Virus record (IMG/VR): IMGVR_UViG_3300011625_000001
Location: 1 to 54,379 of that record
Reading direction: 5' to 3' (one strand)
Origin: a virus
DNA length: 54,379 bases
Part shown: in pieces, positions 1 through 6,908 of the stretch
Numbering within the stretch: the stretch's first letter is position 1
Layout: every line of letters starts with the position of its first letter
Position numbers and translations under genes: made by a program
Notes under the pieces: generated by a model
Databases searched by the model: none
What the model was told of the DNA's origin: nothing
Seen by the model: the letters and a program-made list of their open reading frames with translations, nothing else

Positions 1-47
1 TGGTGGGCCCAGTAGGACTTGAACCTACGACCAAAGGATTATGAGTC
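1..47 (-). repeat. att core copy at left end (displaced 3' tRNA fragment)
   Basis: 47/47 identical to 54333-54379. The flanking sequence 48-77 does not complete an anticodon stem or D-arm, so this copy is the non-functional duplicate. Confidence 0.85.
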
Positions 48-221
48 TTATACTCGGTCAAAATAGATGGTAATACATGGCTATATACAACAATAGATAG
101 CAATAAAAACACCATTATATCAATCACTTAAAATAGTCTTGGCAATAAATGGCAATACATAGTTATTGTGTAACGATAATTATAGAGTGCCTAGGAAGTT
201 CTCATGAGCACTATTGCTTGC

Positions 222-258
222 TGAAAATATGGCCCACGACCAGAATTGGTCGTGGGCC
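222..258 (-). terminator. Hairpin terminator downstream of the excisionase-like gene
   Basis: Perfect 12-bp stem GGCCCACGACCA/TGGTCGTGGGCC (231-242/247-258) with a GAAT loop, followed on the minus strand by AUAUUUU. Confidence 0.55.
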
Positions 259-307
259 AAGGCAGGAAAACGGTAACGGCATTCTAAGAAAAATTCGCAA
301 GCCGCCA

Positions 308-595
308 CTACGCATATTGCGCGGTGCTGTGATAGGCTGGCTCGTATGTCAGATACTCGTCAAGATCACGCTTGTAGTAAACGACACACCTATGACTGGG
401 CTTAAAAAATGCTATGCCATTGGTATCTTCACAGCGCATCTTTTGCAATGTCGCTGTCGATACACCCAAGTAGCTTGCTGCATACTCAGGCGTCAGCGGC
501 GTGTTTGGTGGATTATTAATAACAAACTGCTTCATTTTCATTTTTTCGTCTTCAGTGACGTTCTTCCATAGCTTCTTAGCCATTTCAATCTCCAT
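308..595 (-). CDS. Excisionase/AlpA-like winged-HTH DNA-binding protein
   Basis: ATG at 595 (in-frame TTG at 598). LTPEYAASYLGVSTATLQKMR...VVYYKRDLDEYL resembles excisionase-type HTH. It lies at the att end opposite int. Its start overlaps the stop of the upstream micro-ORF (TGATG). Confidence 0.6.
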   Translation of the reverse strand: MEIEMAKKLWKNVTEDEKMKMKQFVINNPPNTPLTPEYAASYLGVSTATLQKMRCEDTNGIAFFKPSHRCVVYYKRDLDEYLTYEPAYHSTAQYA

Positions 596-738
596 CAAGC
601 CATATTAAAAGAAACACTTGCTTCAACATCAAACTCAGTTTGGCAGTTGCGGCAAGTAGCTGTTACCACTTCTTGATCCGCAACCTGATCTTGGCAGGTA
701 TAACCGCCGCCACACTCAGGACAATTAGCATCACCCAT
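595..738 (-). CDS. 47-aa zinc-ribbon micro-protein (not in the ORF track)
   Basis: ATG at 738 with AGGAG 7 nt upstream. Product is MGDANCPECGGGYTCQDQVADQEVVTATCRNCQTEFDVEASVSFNMA, with two CxxC pairs. It is translationally coupled to the next gene. Confidence 0.55.
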   Translation of the reverse strand: MGDANCPECGGGYTCQDQVADQEVVTATCRNCQTEFDVEASVSFNMA

Positions 739-747
739 GTCAAACTC

Positions 748-1506
748 CTACACGTTAATATTAATATTGCCGGTTATAGCATCTAGACACGCCTTAACCA
801 GATAAGCGTTGTCGTGATTTTTTATAATCCACTGTAAGTAACTGCGATCAGTGACCGCTATATCTTTGATAGCCTTGCCTTGGTGCTTACCAAACGTAAA
901 AGTAAGCGGAATCCGCGCTTCCTCGCTGGCAAGATATAACTGTTCCATGTTGGTGAAGAACCCAATCTCGCATATCTCCTCCAGCAGCCATAGCGTGAAA
1001 GTAACGTCGTAACCAGCGTCATGCGCATTGCGGCAATACTGACGTGCCAGCTCAGGATTAATCGCGTAGGTGAGTGCGCCGAGCGAGTGGCTATCCAAGT
1101 CCGGCAGCATTCTGCGTGCCAGCGCTTGCGTGCAAATCGCTTTGTACTGGCTAACATCAACGCCAGCATTGGCTGCGACTTGAATGTCGAAGTCAACGTT
1201 ATGGCCGATTATGTACGCTTCGCCGACTGGCAGATATTGCGGCACCACTATCTTATGATTCCGGTAATGCTTTACGTCGTCTGGCGTAATGTGACTGACC
1301 GCCATTGCGCCGTAACTGATCGTGCGGTCAGGGCAACAATTAATCGTATGACTAGGTATGCCGTCACCAATGTCGCTATACATCATTTCAGCGACGATAT
1401 AACCATCTTCATGAAAGCGTATATTGCGATACCCAAGCTGCGTTGCTTCCGCTTCCTTGCTAACATCGGTTGCTTCAAAATCAATTATCATTGCTGGCGT
1501 GTTCAT
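748..1506 (-). CDS. DnaQ/ExoX-like DEDDh 3'-5' exonuclease with DUF3820-like C-terminal domain
   Basis: Motifs IIDFEATD (Exo I), IIGHNVDFD (Exo II) and HDAGYD (Exo III). The C-terminal FGKHQGKAIKDI...YLQWI resembles the tail of ExoX-like proteins. Confidence 0.8.
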   Translation of the reverse strand: MNTPAMIIDFEATDVSKEAEATQLGYRNIRFHEDGYIVAEMMYSDIGDGIPSHTINCCPDRTISYGAMAVSHITPDDVKHYRNHKIVVPQYLPVGEAYIIGHNVDFDIQVAANAGVDVSQYKAICTQALARRMLPDLDSHSLGALTYAINPELARQYCRNAHDAGYDVTFTLWLLEEICEIGFFTNMEQLYLASEEARIPLTFTFGKHQGKAIKDIAVTDRSYLQWIIKNHDNAYLVKACLDAITGNININV

Positions 1507-2054
1507 GCGGCTTGACTCCCTTGGTTCTTCGTTGACATTAACCTTAATTCCTTTCTTATCATCTGCTCCGCTCTTGCGTAATTTAAGCCCATAATCGGCA
1601 CTCTCTTTTGCTCAATCAGTCGCTCAGCATCTATCGCCTTGCGCTCTTTATCGGTCAGTTTTTGCGCTCGCAACACGACATAGGATTCAGGCATATCAAT
1701 ATCATTTTCTTTTTCTCGCGCTGCTGCAAAAGCTATTTGCGCCATTTCAGGTATGGTTTTACGCTCGTTCAGGCAGTCTTGGTCAACGGTAGCAACCGCT
1801 TTGCCATATTGACGACTAAAGACATGAGCGGTCATCTTGTAGCGATGGGGATAGCTCAAAACCTCGTTAACCACACCTTTACTTCTAAATTCGTCAAAGA
1901 ACTGGCAGCGGTCACGCACTTGTGTATCACCCAATGATGGGTCCAAGGGGATAACCATATACCCATCGTAAAACTGCGGCTCTTGCTCACGCTTGACGTT
2001 TATCGCCTTAGTTTGAGCACGTTTGCGCTTATCGCGGTTTTTAATCTTTGCCAT
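1503..2054 (-). CDS. Hypothetical early protein (183 aa)
   Basis: Long ORF in operon register. Its stop overlaps the start of the downstream gene. No motif recognised. Confidence 0.6.
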   Translation of the reverse strand: MAKIKNRDKRKRAQTKAINVKREQEPQFYDGYMVIPLDPSLGDTQVRDRCQFFDEFRSKGVVNEVLSYPHRYKMTAHVFSRQYGKAVATVDQDCLNERKTIPEMAQIAFAAAREKENDIDMPESYVVLRAQKLTDKERKAIDAERLIEQKRVPIMGLNYARAEQMIRKELRLMSTKNQGSQAA

Positions 2055-2063
2055 TGGTAACTC

Positions 2064-2459
2064 CTATGCAAACATATCTATTTGCGAATCTTGTTTTATC
2101 TCGAATTTTTTATAGTGATTAAATATAGCCTTCAGATCGCTTTGCTCAATCCAGATGCAGCCATAAGCAAACACGTCAGACTTAGATAAAGCAGCATCTA
2201 CAACATTCATGTTGTCTATATAAGTCGATACCGATATCAAAAATTCATCCTGCTTCTCACTTGACCACTCACTCGCAAAGTACCTATAAAGCGATACCTT
2301 CACCGTGTTTTCATCAAGCAGGTGGAAGTAAACATCGTACTTATAATTACTGGTTGGAATGTGTAGTAATAAGCCACCAGTTGCAAAAGGTGGTTTTTTA
2401 AATAGCACCAGGTGACTAAATTGCGAGCATTCCGCTAAGCTTCTGTTATCCATAATCAC
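2064..2459 (-). CDS. Hypothetical early protein (131 aa, GTG start)
   Basis: ORF in operon register. No motif recognised. Confidence 0.5.
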   Translation of the reverse strand: MIMDNRSLAECSQFSHLVLFKKPPFATGGLLLHIPTSNYKYDVYFHLLDENTVKVSLYRYFASEWSSEKQDEFLISVSTYIDNMNVVDAALSKSDVFAYGCIWIEQSDLKAIFNHYKKFEIKQDSQIDMFA

Positions 2460-2485
2460 TATTCCGTAGTAGTTGAAAATAGGGT

Positions 2486-2579
2486 GTTTAGGCTAGCAGT
2501 TGTCCTTTCAAACTAACCCCAGCGTCATAGCCTTGGTGAGCCATCACCTCACCAACTAGCTGATACCAGCTGCCTAAAC
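2486..2579 (-). ncRNA. Stem-closed structured element resembling 16S rRNA helices h11-h12 (function unknown)
   Basis: Lies in the intergenic gap 2460-2598. Closing stem GTTTAGGC (2486-2493) pairs with GCCTAAAC (2572-2579). The minus-strand core GTATCAGCTAGTTGGTGAGGTGATGGCTCACCAAGGCTATGAC closely matches the conserved gammaproteobacterial 16S segment GGATTAGCTAGTTGGTGAGGTAATGGCTCACCAAGGCGACGAT as I remember it. It includes the TTGGTGAG/CTCACCAA hairpin. Confidence 0.4.
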
Positions 2580-2598
2580 GATTGATGGTTAAGTGGTA

Positions 2599-3090
2599 TC
2601 AAGCCAGCTTGCGCTCGTCACAGTAAATAGGCGTGTTATCTTTATGCCATGCTTTATGACATGGATCGCACAGCCACATAACATCCAGCAGCTTGTTGTA
2701 GTCGCAATGATGACCGTGTAATACAGCCTCTTGCTGGCAAGTCTCGCAACAAGAAGGTCTGACTATCTTGCCATCACGTAATGCGTTATTAACTGCATTG
2801 TGTGCTTGGCGTATAGTTGGATTGCGCTCAGCGTAAGCACGTTTGGCAGCGCCTGCCTTTCGTTGTCCGCGCTCAGTCTGCTGGTAATCCTTACGCGCTT
2901 GCACGCGGTCAGGATTGTTGGCGCGTTTGCGGTCAAACTCTAAGTAGTAATCAAGGTTTTTAGCCCGATTAGCTCTCACCTTGGCGCGGACACATTCTTT
3001 GCAGCTACCATTTATACCGTCCTTGCGGATAGATGACTGATAAAAGTCATCCGTCGGCTTGGAGGTTTTGCAGTATTGGCAATTAATCAC
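2599..3090 (-). CDS. HNH (His-Me finger) endonuclease
   Basis: Cys-rich N-terminus. C-terminal HGHHCDYNKLLDVMWLCDPCHKAWH is an HNH motif. Confidence 0.75.
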   Translation of the reverse strand: MINCQYCKTSKPTDDFYQSSIRKDGINGSCKECVRAKVRANRAKNLDYYLEFDRKRANNPDRVQARKDYQQTERGQRKAGAAKRAYAERNPTIRQAHNAVNNALRDGKIVRPSCCETCQQEAVLHGHHCDYNKLLDVMWLCDPCHKAWHKDNTPIYCDERKLA

Positions 3091-3099
3091 AGCTATCTC

Positions 3100-3864
3100 C
3101 TAGAATGGAATATCCATGTCGTCAACTATTGGGCCACCATTCGGTGCCTGATTATTGGCTGGCGCGCTGTTACCCTGCTGATTGTTATAGCCTTGCTGTG
3201 GTGCTGTGCCGCGTGAGTAAGTTGTACCTCCCTGTGGCGGCTGGCTAGCACGCTGATTGTTATAACCGCCTTTATTGCCACCCATCTGAGCATCAACTTC
3301 TTTTTCTGACTTTAGCGAGTAGCCAATCAAGCGCTCCATCTGTACTTCAATTTGCTGTGGTGCCGCCTGATCCTTTTGTTCTTGCAAAGTCTGGCGCTTC
3401 TGATTAAAGGCTGCGAATAACTGTGTCTTTTTACGCTTCTCGCCGTTATAGATTTCAAACTCGTCAATAAACAGACCAGTGAAATGCTTGCCCATCAACT
3501 CATTAGCGACTGTCATCTGAGTTGGGACCACCTTGCCAGCGGCAGCATCGTACTTGTCGATATTGGCTTGCGTTGGTGTAAGGGTCGTAACGCCAGTGAC
3601 CGCCATAATACTTTGCAGTTGGTTGTAAAAGCCTTCGATATAACTGCCGTCCTGCTTCATAAACCAAAGAGTGAAATAACCTTTTTGACCGTCTTTGTTG
3701 AACACATCAAAAGCCATACCGGTTGTGCCAGTGTTGTTCGATACGACAAACTCAGCGCGGCCAATTTTGACCAGTTGTTCGCTGTTGCCGTCAAAGAATT
3801 GACCGCCACCCGTATTGGCTTTAAGTGCGGCAGTCTCGTTTAACTGAATAGTAGGGAAATTCAT
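3100..3864 (-). CDS. Phage single-stranded DNA-binding protein (DUF669-like core, Q/G/N-rich linker, host-SSB-type acidic tip)
   Basis: Ends in DDMDIPF, the canonical bacterial SSB C-terminal tip. A G/Q/N/P-rich linker precedes it. The gene lies directly downstream of a Sak4-like ATPase, as in Sak4-DUF669 modules. Confidence 0.7.
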   Translation of the reverse strand: MNFPTIQLNETAALKANTGGGQFFDGNSEQLVKIGRAEFVVSNNTGTTGMAFDVFNKDGQKGYFTLWFMKQDGSYIEGFYNQLQSIMAVTGVTTLTPTQANIDKYDAAAGKVVPTQMTVANELMGKHFTGLFIDEFEIYNGEKRKKTQLFAAFNQKRQTLQEQKDQAAPQQIEVQMERLIGYSLKSEKEVDAQMGGNKGGYNNQRASQPPQGGTTYSRGTAPQQGYNNQQGNSAPANNQAPNGGPIVDDMDIPF

Positions 3865-3885
3865 GGGTATATCCTTTAATTAAAA

Positions 3886-4545
3886 TTAGGCTGTTTGTGC
3901 CTGTTGATTAGGGTTTTTAGCAATGCCGTAGAAGTCGCAGATTGCGTCATCTACAGCGTTTAAATCATTGGGTATTAGTTCGCTGGCAAACATTTCATGC
4001 GGCGTTTTGACAGTGGTTGTGCCGTCATTCTTGGTCATAAAGTAATGCTCGCCATTTCTAATAGTGGTTTGCAGTACGATAGTCACCATGCCTTCAAGTA
4101 CAATTTTTTCATCAAGCATCTTGCCCATCGTTTTAATCTTGGTCTTACCGTCCACCTCTTCGATATGCGACAAGATATAGATACGTTGGTCAGGGTGCGT
4201 ATTATTGATAGCCGTGTTCAGAATGTTCCAAGCGTTCTGACCAATCCGATTAAAGCGCTGGAATACTGAGTTGCCACCACCTTCATCTGTCACACCGCGC
4301 ATAAACTCATTGGCCATGATGTACTGGAAGTCATCGATAATCACGATAGGCGCTTGAAAGGTTGGCAAACGATCATTAATCTCGTAAGCGTTATCCGTGT
4401 TCAGCTTTCTAAATTGCTTGCCGGCTCGAAAGGGTAGCGGCTTACCCATGACGTTAATAACGCCACATAGCGACGGGTCAAGGTTTTGCATACTAAAAGA
4501 CTTGCCCGAACCGCTATTGCCTAACACTAAAGTCACGATAGCCAT
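3886..4545 (-). CDS. Sak4-like (AAA_24) RecA-fold recombination ATPase
   Basis: Walker A GNSGSGKS and Walker B VIIDDF. Small size and adjacency to the SSB gene fit this family. Confidence 0.7.
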   Translation of the reverse strand: MAIVTLVLGNSGSGKSFSMQNLDPSLCGVINVMGKPLPFRAGKQFRKLNTDNAYEINDRLPTFQAPIVIIDDFQYIMANEFMRGVTDEGGGNSVFQRFNRIGQNAWNILNTAINNTHPDQRIYILSHIEEVDGKTKIKTMGKMLDEKIVLEGMVTIVLQTTIRNGEHYFMTKNDGTTTVKTPHEMFASELIPNDLNAVDDAICDFYGIAKNPNQQAQTA

Positions 4546-4733
4546 TAGTTGCTCTCCTTACTTGGAATCATAAAGTGCGAGTCAAACTGAGCTAACAGGC
4601 ACTCAAATTCTTTATTGTGTTTTGCTAGCTCGCTCATGCTGGCTTGTTCGCTGATATTTTTAGCGAACCAGTATTCATCTTCCTGCTCGCGCCACTCAAA
4701 ACCTGCCTGCGCTTGTTGGTAGCTATCACTCAT
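4545..4733 (-). CDS. Hypothetical acidic small protein (62 aa)
   Basis: Internal ATG at 4733 has GGGAGG upstream and overlaps the stop of the upstream gene (ATGAGTGA). The longer ORF-track start (4850) would overlap 4726-5070. Confidence 0.5.
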   Translation of the reverse strand: MSDSYQQAQAGFEWREQEDEYWFAKNISEQASMSELAKHNKEFECLLAQFDSHFMIPSKESN

Positions 4734-5070
4734 GATCGTCGCCTCCCAGCCCAAACAAGTAGTTAAGCTTGTCATGTGCTTTCTTAACTGCTTCTTTCGC
4801 TTTCTTTGCGCCAGCAATGAGAGTGTCGATATCCAGCTCCTCCAAGTCACTCTCTAAGCGAGAAACTTCATACTCAAGATGATGGATTTCGTTTTGCAAA
4901 TCGCTACAGCTTTTGCATGGGTCATCTTCAACCTGCACACTGCCATGATTGATAGGCAGTGCATCCAACGTGATAGCTAGCTCATAAGCCAAGCTATCAG
5001 GGTCGCAATCAAGACCTTCGTCGATAAGCTCGGCGTCGGTCATCGTTTTATAGCTGATTCTGCTACTCAT
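4726..5070 (-). CDS. Hypothetical coiled-coil protein (114 aa)
   Basis: ORF in operon register with a heptad-like acidic C-terminal half. Confidence 0.5.
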   Translation of the reverse strand: MSSRISYKTMTDAELIDEGLDCDPDSLAYELAITLDALPINHGSVQVEDDPCKSCSDLQNEIHHLEYEVSRLESDLEELDIDTLIAGAKKAKEAVKKAHDKLNYLFGLGGDDHE

Positions 5071-5348
5071 GACTTCCTCCCATACGCTTTTGCTATCACT
5101 GAATTGGCATGAGCCGCTTCTTTCGCCTTCTGGCTGGCTTGGTACTCTTCCCAGCTCATATCATCTTCGCTGTCCGGGCTGGTGTTTTCTTCCAGATAAA
5201 GTTTGTGCTCTAAATGCACTTGATCTTGCGCTTCGATACCAGTTGCTAAAGCGTTGGCACCAGTAGCAATGACGGCGCTGGCGAGTAGGGCGGATATTGC
5301 GATCTTTGCAGTCAGCTCGACATTGACTAACTTTAATAATTGTTTCAT
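5067..5348 (-). CDS. Hypothetical membrane-anchored or secreted protein (93 aa)
   Basis: N-terminal hydrophobic segment AKIAISALLASAVIATGANALA followed by an acidic tail. Confidence 0.5.
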   Translation of the reverse strand: MKQLLKLVNVELTAKIAISALLASAVIATGANALATGIEAQDQVHLEHKLYLEENTSPDSEDDMSWEEYQASQKAKEAAHANSVIAKAYGRKS

Positions 5349-5403
5349 AATGGGTCTCCGTAGAAGTTTGGAAGCCCAGTCAATTTGCCTTGACTGGGTT
5401 TTT

Positions 5404-5577
5404 TTATGCCTGAATTTTGACGTTAAGCGCAGCGATTAAAGCGTCGGCGTGTTGCACTGCTGACAGCGCTATCTGAACGCTACTCACTTGCTTGCCAGCG
5501 TGGGCTTGAATAAGACCTTGCATGGCTGATGCGGCTAACTGGTCGCGTCGGCTTAACGGTTTTGATTGGTTGCTCAT
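5404..5577 (-). CDS. 57-aa hypothetical protein, first gene after the PL-like promoter (not in the ORF track)
   Basis: ATG at 5577 and TAA at 5404-5406. Product is MSNQSKPLSRRDQLAASAMQGLIQAHAGKQVSSVQIALSAVQHADALIAALNVKIQA. The RBS is weak. Confidence 0.4.
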   Translation of the reverse strand: MSNQSKPLSRRDQLAASAMQGLIQAHAGKQVSSVQIALSAVQHADALIAALNVKIQA

Positions 5578-5755
5578 AAGATGGTCCCTGTTGTTAAATG
5601 ACTATGGTAAGCAATGCCAATTGCATCACTTACGATAGCCATCCATTACCGCGCCCAATCTGGTTGAACGCGCTTCAAGATGGTTCTATGTATTCATGTG
5701 CTGTTAAATAGTTTTAGCGATTGCTCGCAGGGCGATTGCCGTTTTGATACGGTTA

Positions 5756-5784
5756 ATAATATCGTGATTACGATATAATGTAAA
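5756..5784 (-). promoter_or_regulatory. PL-like early-left promoter
   Basis: On the minus strand: TTTACA (5784-5779), 17-nt spacer, TATTAT (5761-5756). The spacer is occupied by the 18-bp operator palindrome. Confidence 0.6.
5759..5776. promoter_or_regulatory. Repressor operator (OL-type), near-perfect palindrome ATATCGTGATTACGATAT
   Basis: 18-bp palindrome sharing the TATCGT-N4-ACGATA half-sites with the three sites between cI and cro. Confidence 0.65.
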
Positions 5785-5801
5785 CCCCTGAAACGACATT
5801 A

Positions 5802-5819
5802 TTAACGTGTTTACGATAA
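5802..5819. promoter_or_regulatory. Second OL-type operator (degenerate)
   Basis: TTAACGTGTTTACGATAA matches the operator consensus at about 14 of 18 positions by eye. A further half-site ACGATAT lies at 5843-5849. Confidence 0.45.
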
Positions 5820-5858
5820 AAATAGTTAAATATAATACTAATACGATATTTTGAGCAC

Positions 5859-5884
5859 AAAAAAACCGCTAATGAAGGCGGTTT
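5859..5884 (-). terminator. Intrinsic terminator T3 of the island operon
   Basis: Minus strand: stem AAACCGC/GCGGTTT, loop CTTCATTA, then a run of 7 T. Confidence 0.7.
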
Positions 5885-5921
5885 GGTGGGAAAGCAATAT
5901 GAAATTAATTGTTAATTTACG

Positions 5922-5943
5922 AAAAAACCCGCACAAAGCGGGT
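5922..5943 (-). terminator. Intrinsic terminator T2
   Basis: Minus strand: CCCGC-TTTGT-GCGGG followed by TTTTTT. Confidence 0.7.
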
Positions 5944-5962
5944 CGGGTGTAGGATAGGCGAT

Positions 5963-5986
5963 AAAAAACCCACCGGTGGTGGGTTT
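5963..5986 (-). terminator. Intrinsic terminator T1, immediately after the methyltransferase stop
   Basis: Minus strand: CCCACC...GGTGGG stem followed by TTTTTT. Lies 15 nt downstream of the stop at 6001. Confidence 0.7.
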
Positions 5987-6000
5987 GATCGTTCTAGGTA

Positions 6001-6858
6001 TTAAGCTATCTTCAGTCTTTCATGTTCAAGGCTATCAAAGTGTTGTGATGTTATAAACAGCTCATTGCCAACTCGTTTCTTTGCAGCACTGTAGTTGATG
6101 TCAAACTGATACTGAGCAAAGTTTTTGTATAAGTCACTAATTTCAGGGGTGTTATCGTAAGTAAGCAACCAAGGCAAATCTGTTTTGGCCAATTTTTCAG
6201 AAACGGCCGCATGGTCTTCATGATTATAGAAATTAGTGTATAAAGACTGGCCTTTATTATAGTACGGAGGGTCTACCATAAGCAGGGGCTTGGGCAGTGC
6301 AAGACTCTCTAGCTTTTCCATGAACTCGATTGCATCCATATTGTAAATATGAATCTTATCTTTAATCGCAGCAATCTGATGAACTTTTTTTATTAAAGCC
6401 ACCTTGTTAAATCGGCAATCCATTCTATAGGCACCATCTTGCTTCTTTCCACCTATAACTCCGGCTTTAATAATGCCAGACCGGTTGGTACGATTAAGGA
6501 AGAGGGTAGAGAACGCAAGCTCTAAAGGATCCACAGTATCTTTAATATCCTGTATGGCTTTTTGCTTATACCATTCGTCCATATCGATTTTGGTCAAACT
6601 AATAAGGTTGGCTAGCTCTTCTGGCTGATGGACTATAGCGCTCCATAATGAAGCAATTGATTGATCTATATCATTGAGGTGCAGCTCTTCAACTACATTG
6701 TTGGTTAGTAATCTTAAGGCAAGGCCACAGCCACCAGCATAAGGCTCAGCATACTGGCACAGCTCCATATCATGGCTTGCAATAACGTCACGAGTCATAT
6801 CATAAATACTAGCTTTGCCGCCTGGATAACGGAGAGGCGAGAGTGAGCGCTTAATCAT
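6001..6858 (-). CDS. D12-class (Dam-type) N6-adenine DNA methyltransferase
   Basis: RYPGGK near the N-terminus, EPYAGGCG (SAM motif I, aa 38-45), FLNRTNRSG, and DPPYY (motif IV, aa 196-200). Motif order is alpha-group. The coding sequence is AT-rich. Confidence 0.85.
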   Translation of the reverse strand: MIKRSLSPLRYPGGKASIYDMTRDVIASHDMELCQYAEPYAGGCGLALRLLTNNVVEELHLNDIDQSIASLWSAIVHQPEELANLISLTKIDMDEWYKQKAIQDIKDTVDPLELAFSTLFLNRTNRSGIIKAGVIGGKKQDGAYRMDCRFNKVALIKKVHQIAAIKDKIHIYNMDAIEFMEKLESLALPKPLLMVDPPYYNKGQSLYTNFYNHEDHAAVSEKLAKTDLPWLLTYDNTPEISDLYKNFAQYQFDINYSAAKKRVGNELFITSQHFDSLEHERLKIA

Positions 6859-6908
6859 TTCTATGCCTTAAATTTTGTCTATATTGTAAACAAAACATGT
6901 TATAAAAT

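Noticed and set aside
149-571. 140-aa plus-strand ORF overlapping the excisionase-like gene
   Set aside because: It is antisense to a gene with a recognisable HTH. It has no RBS, a Cys/Arg/Ile-rich unnatural composition, and it starts inside the att-arm repeats.
858-1515. ORFs 858-1196 (-) and 1021-1515 (+) inside the exonuclease gene
   Set aside because: They are alternative frames of a gene whose own frame carries all three DEDDh motifs. No independent signals support them.
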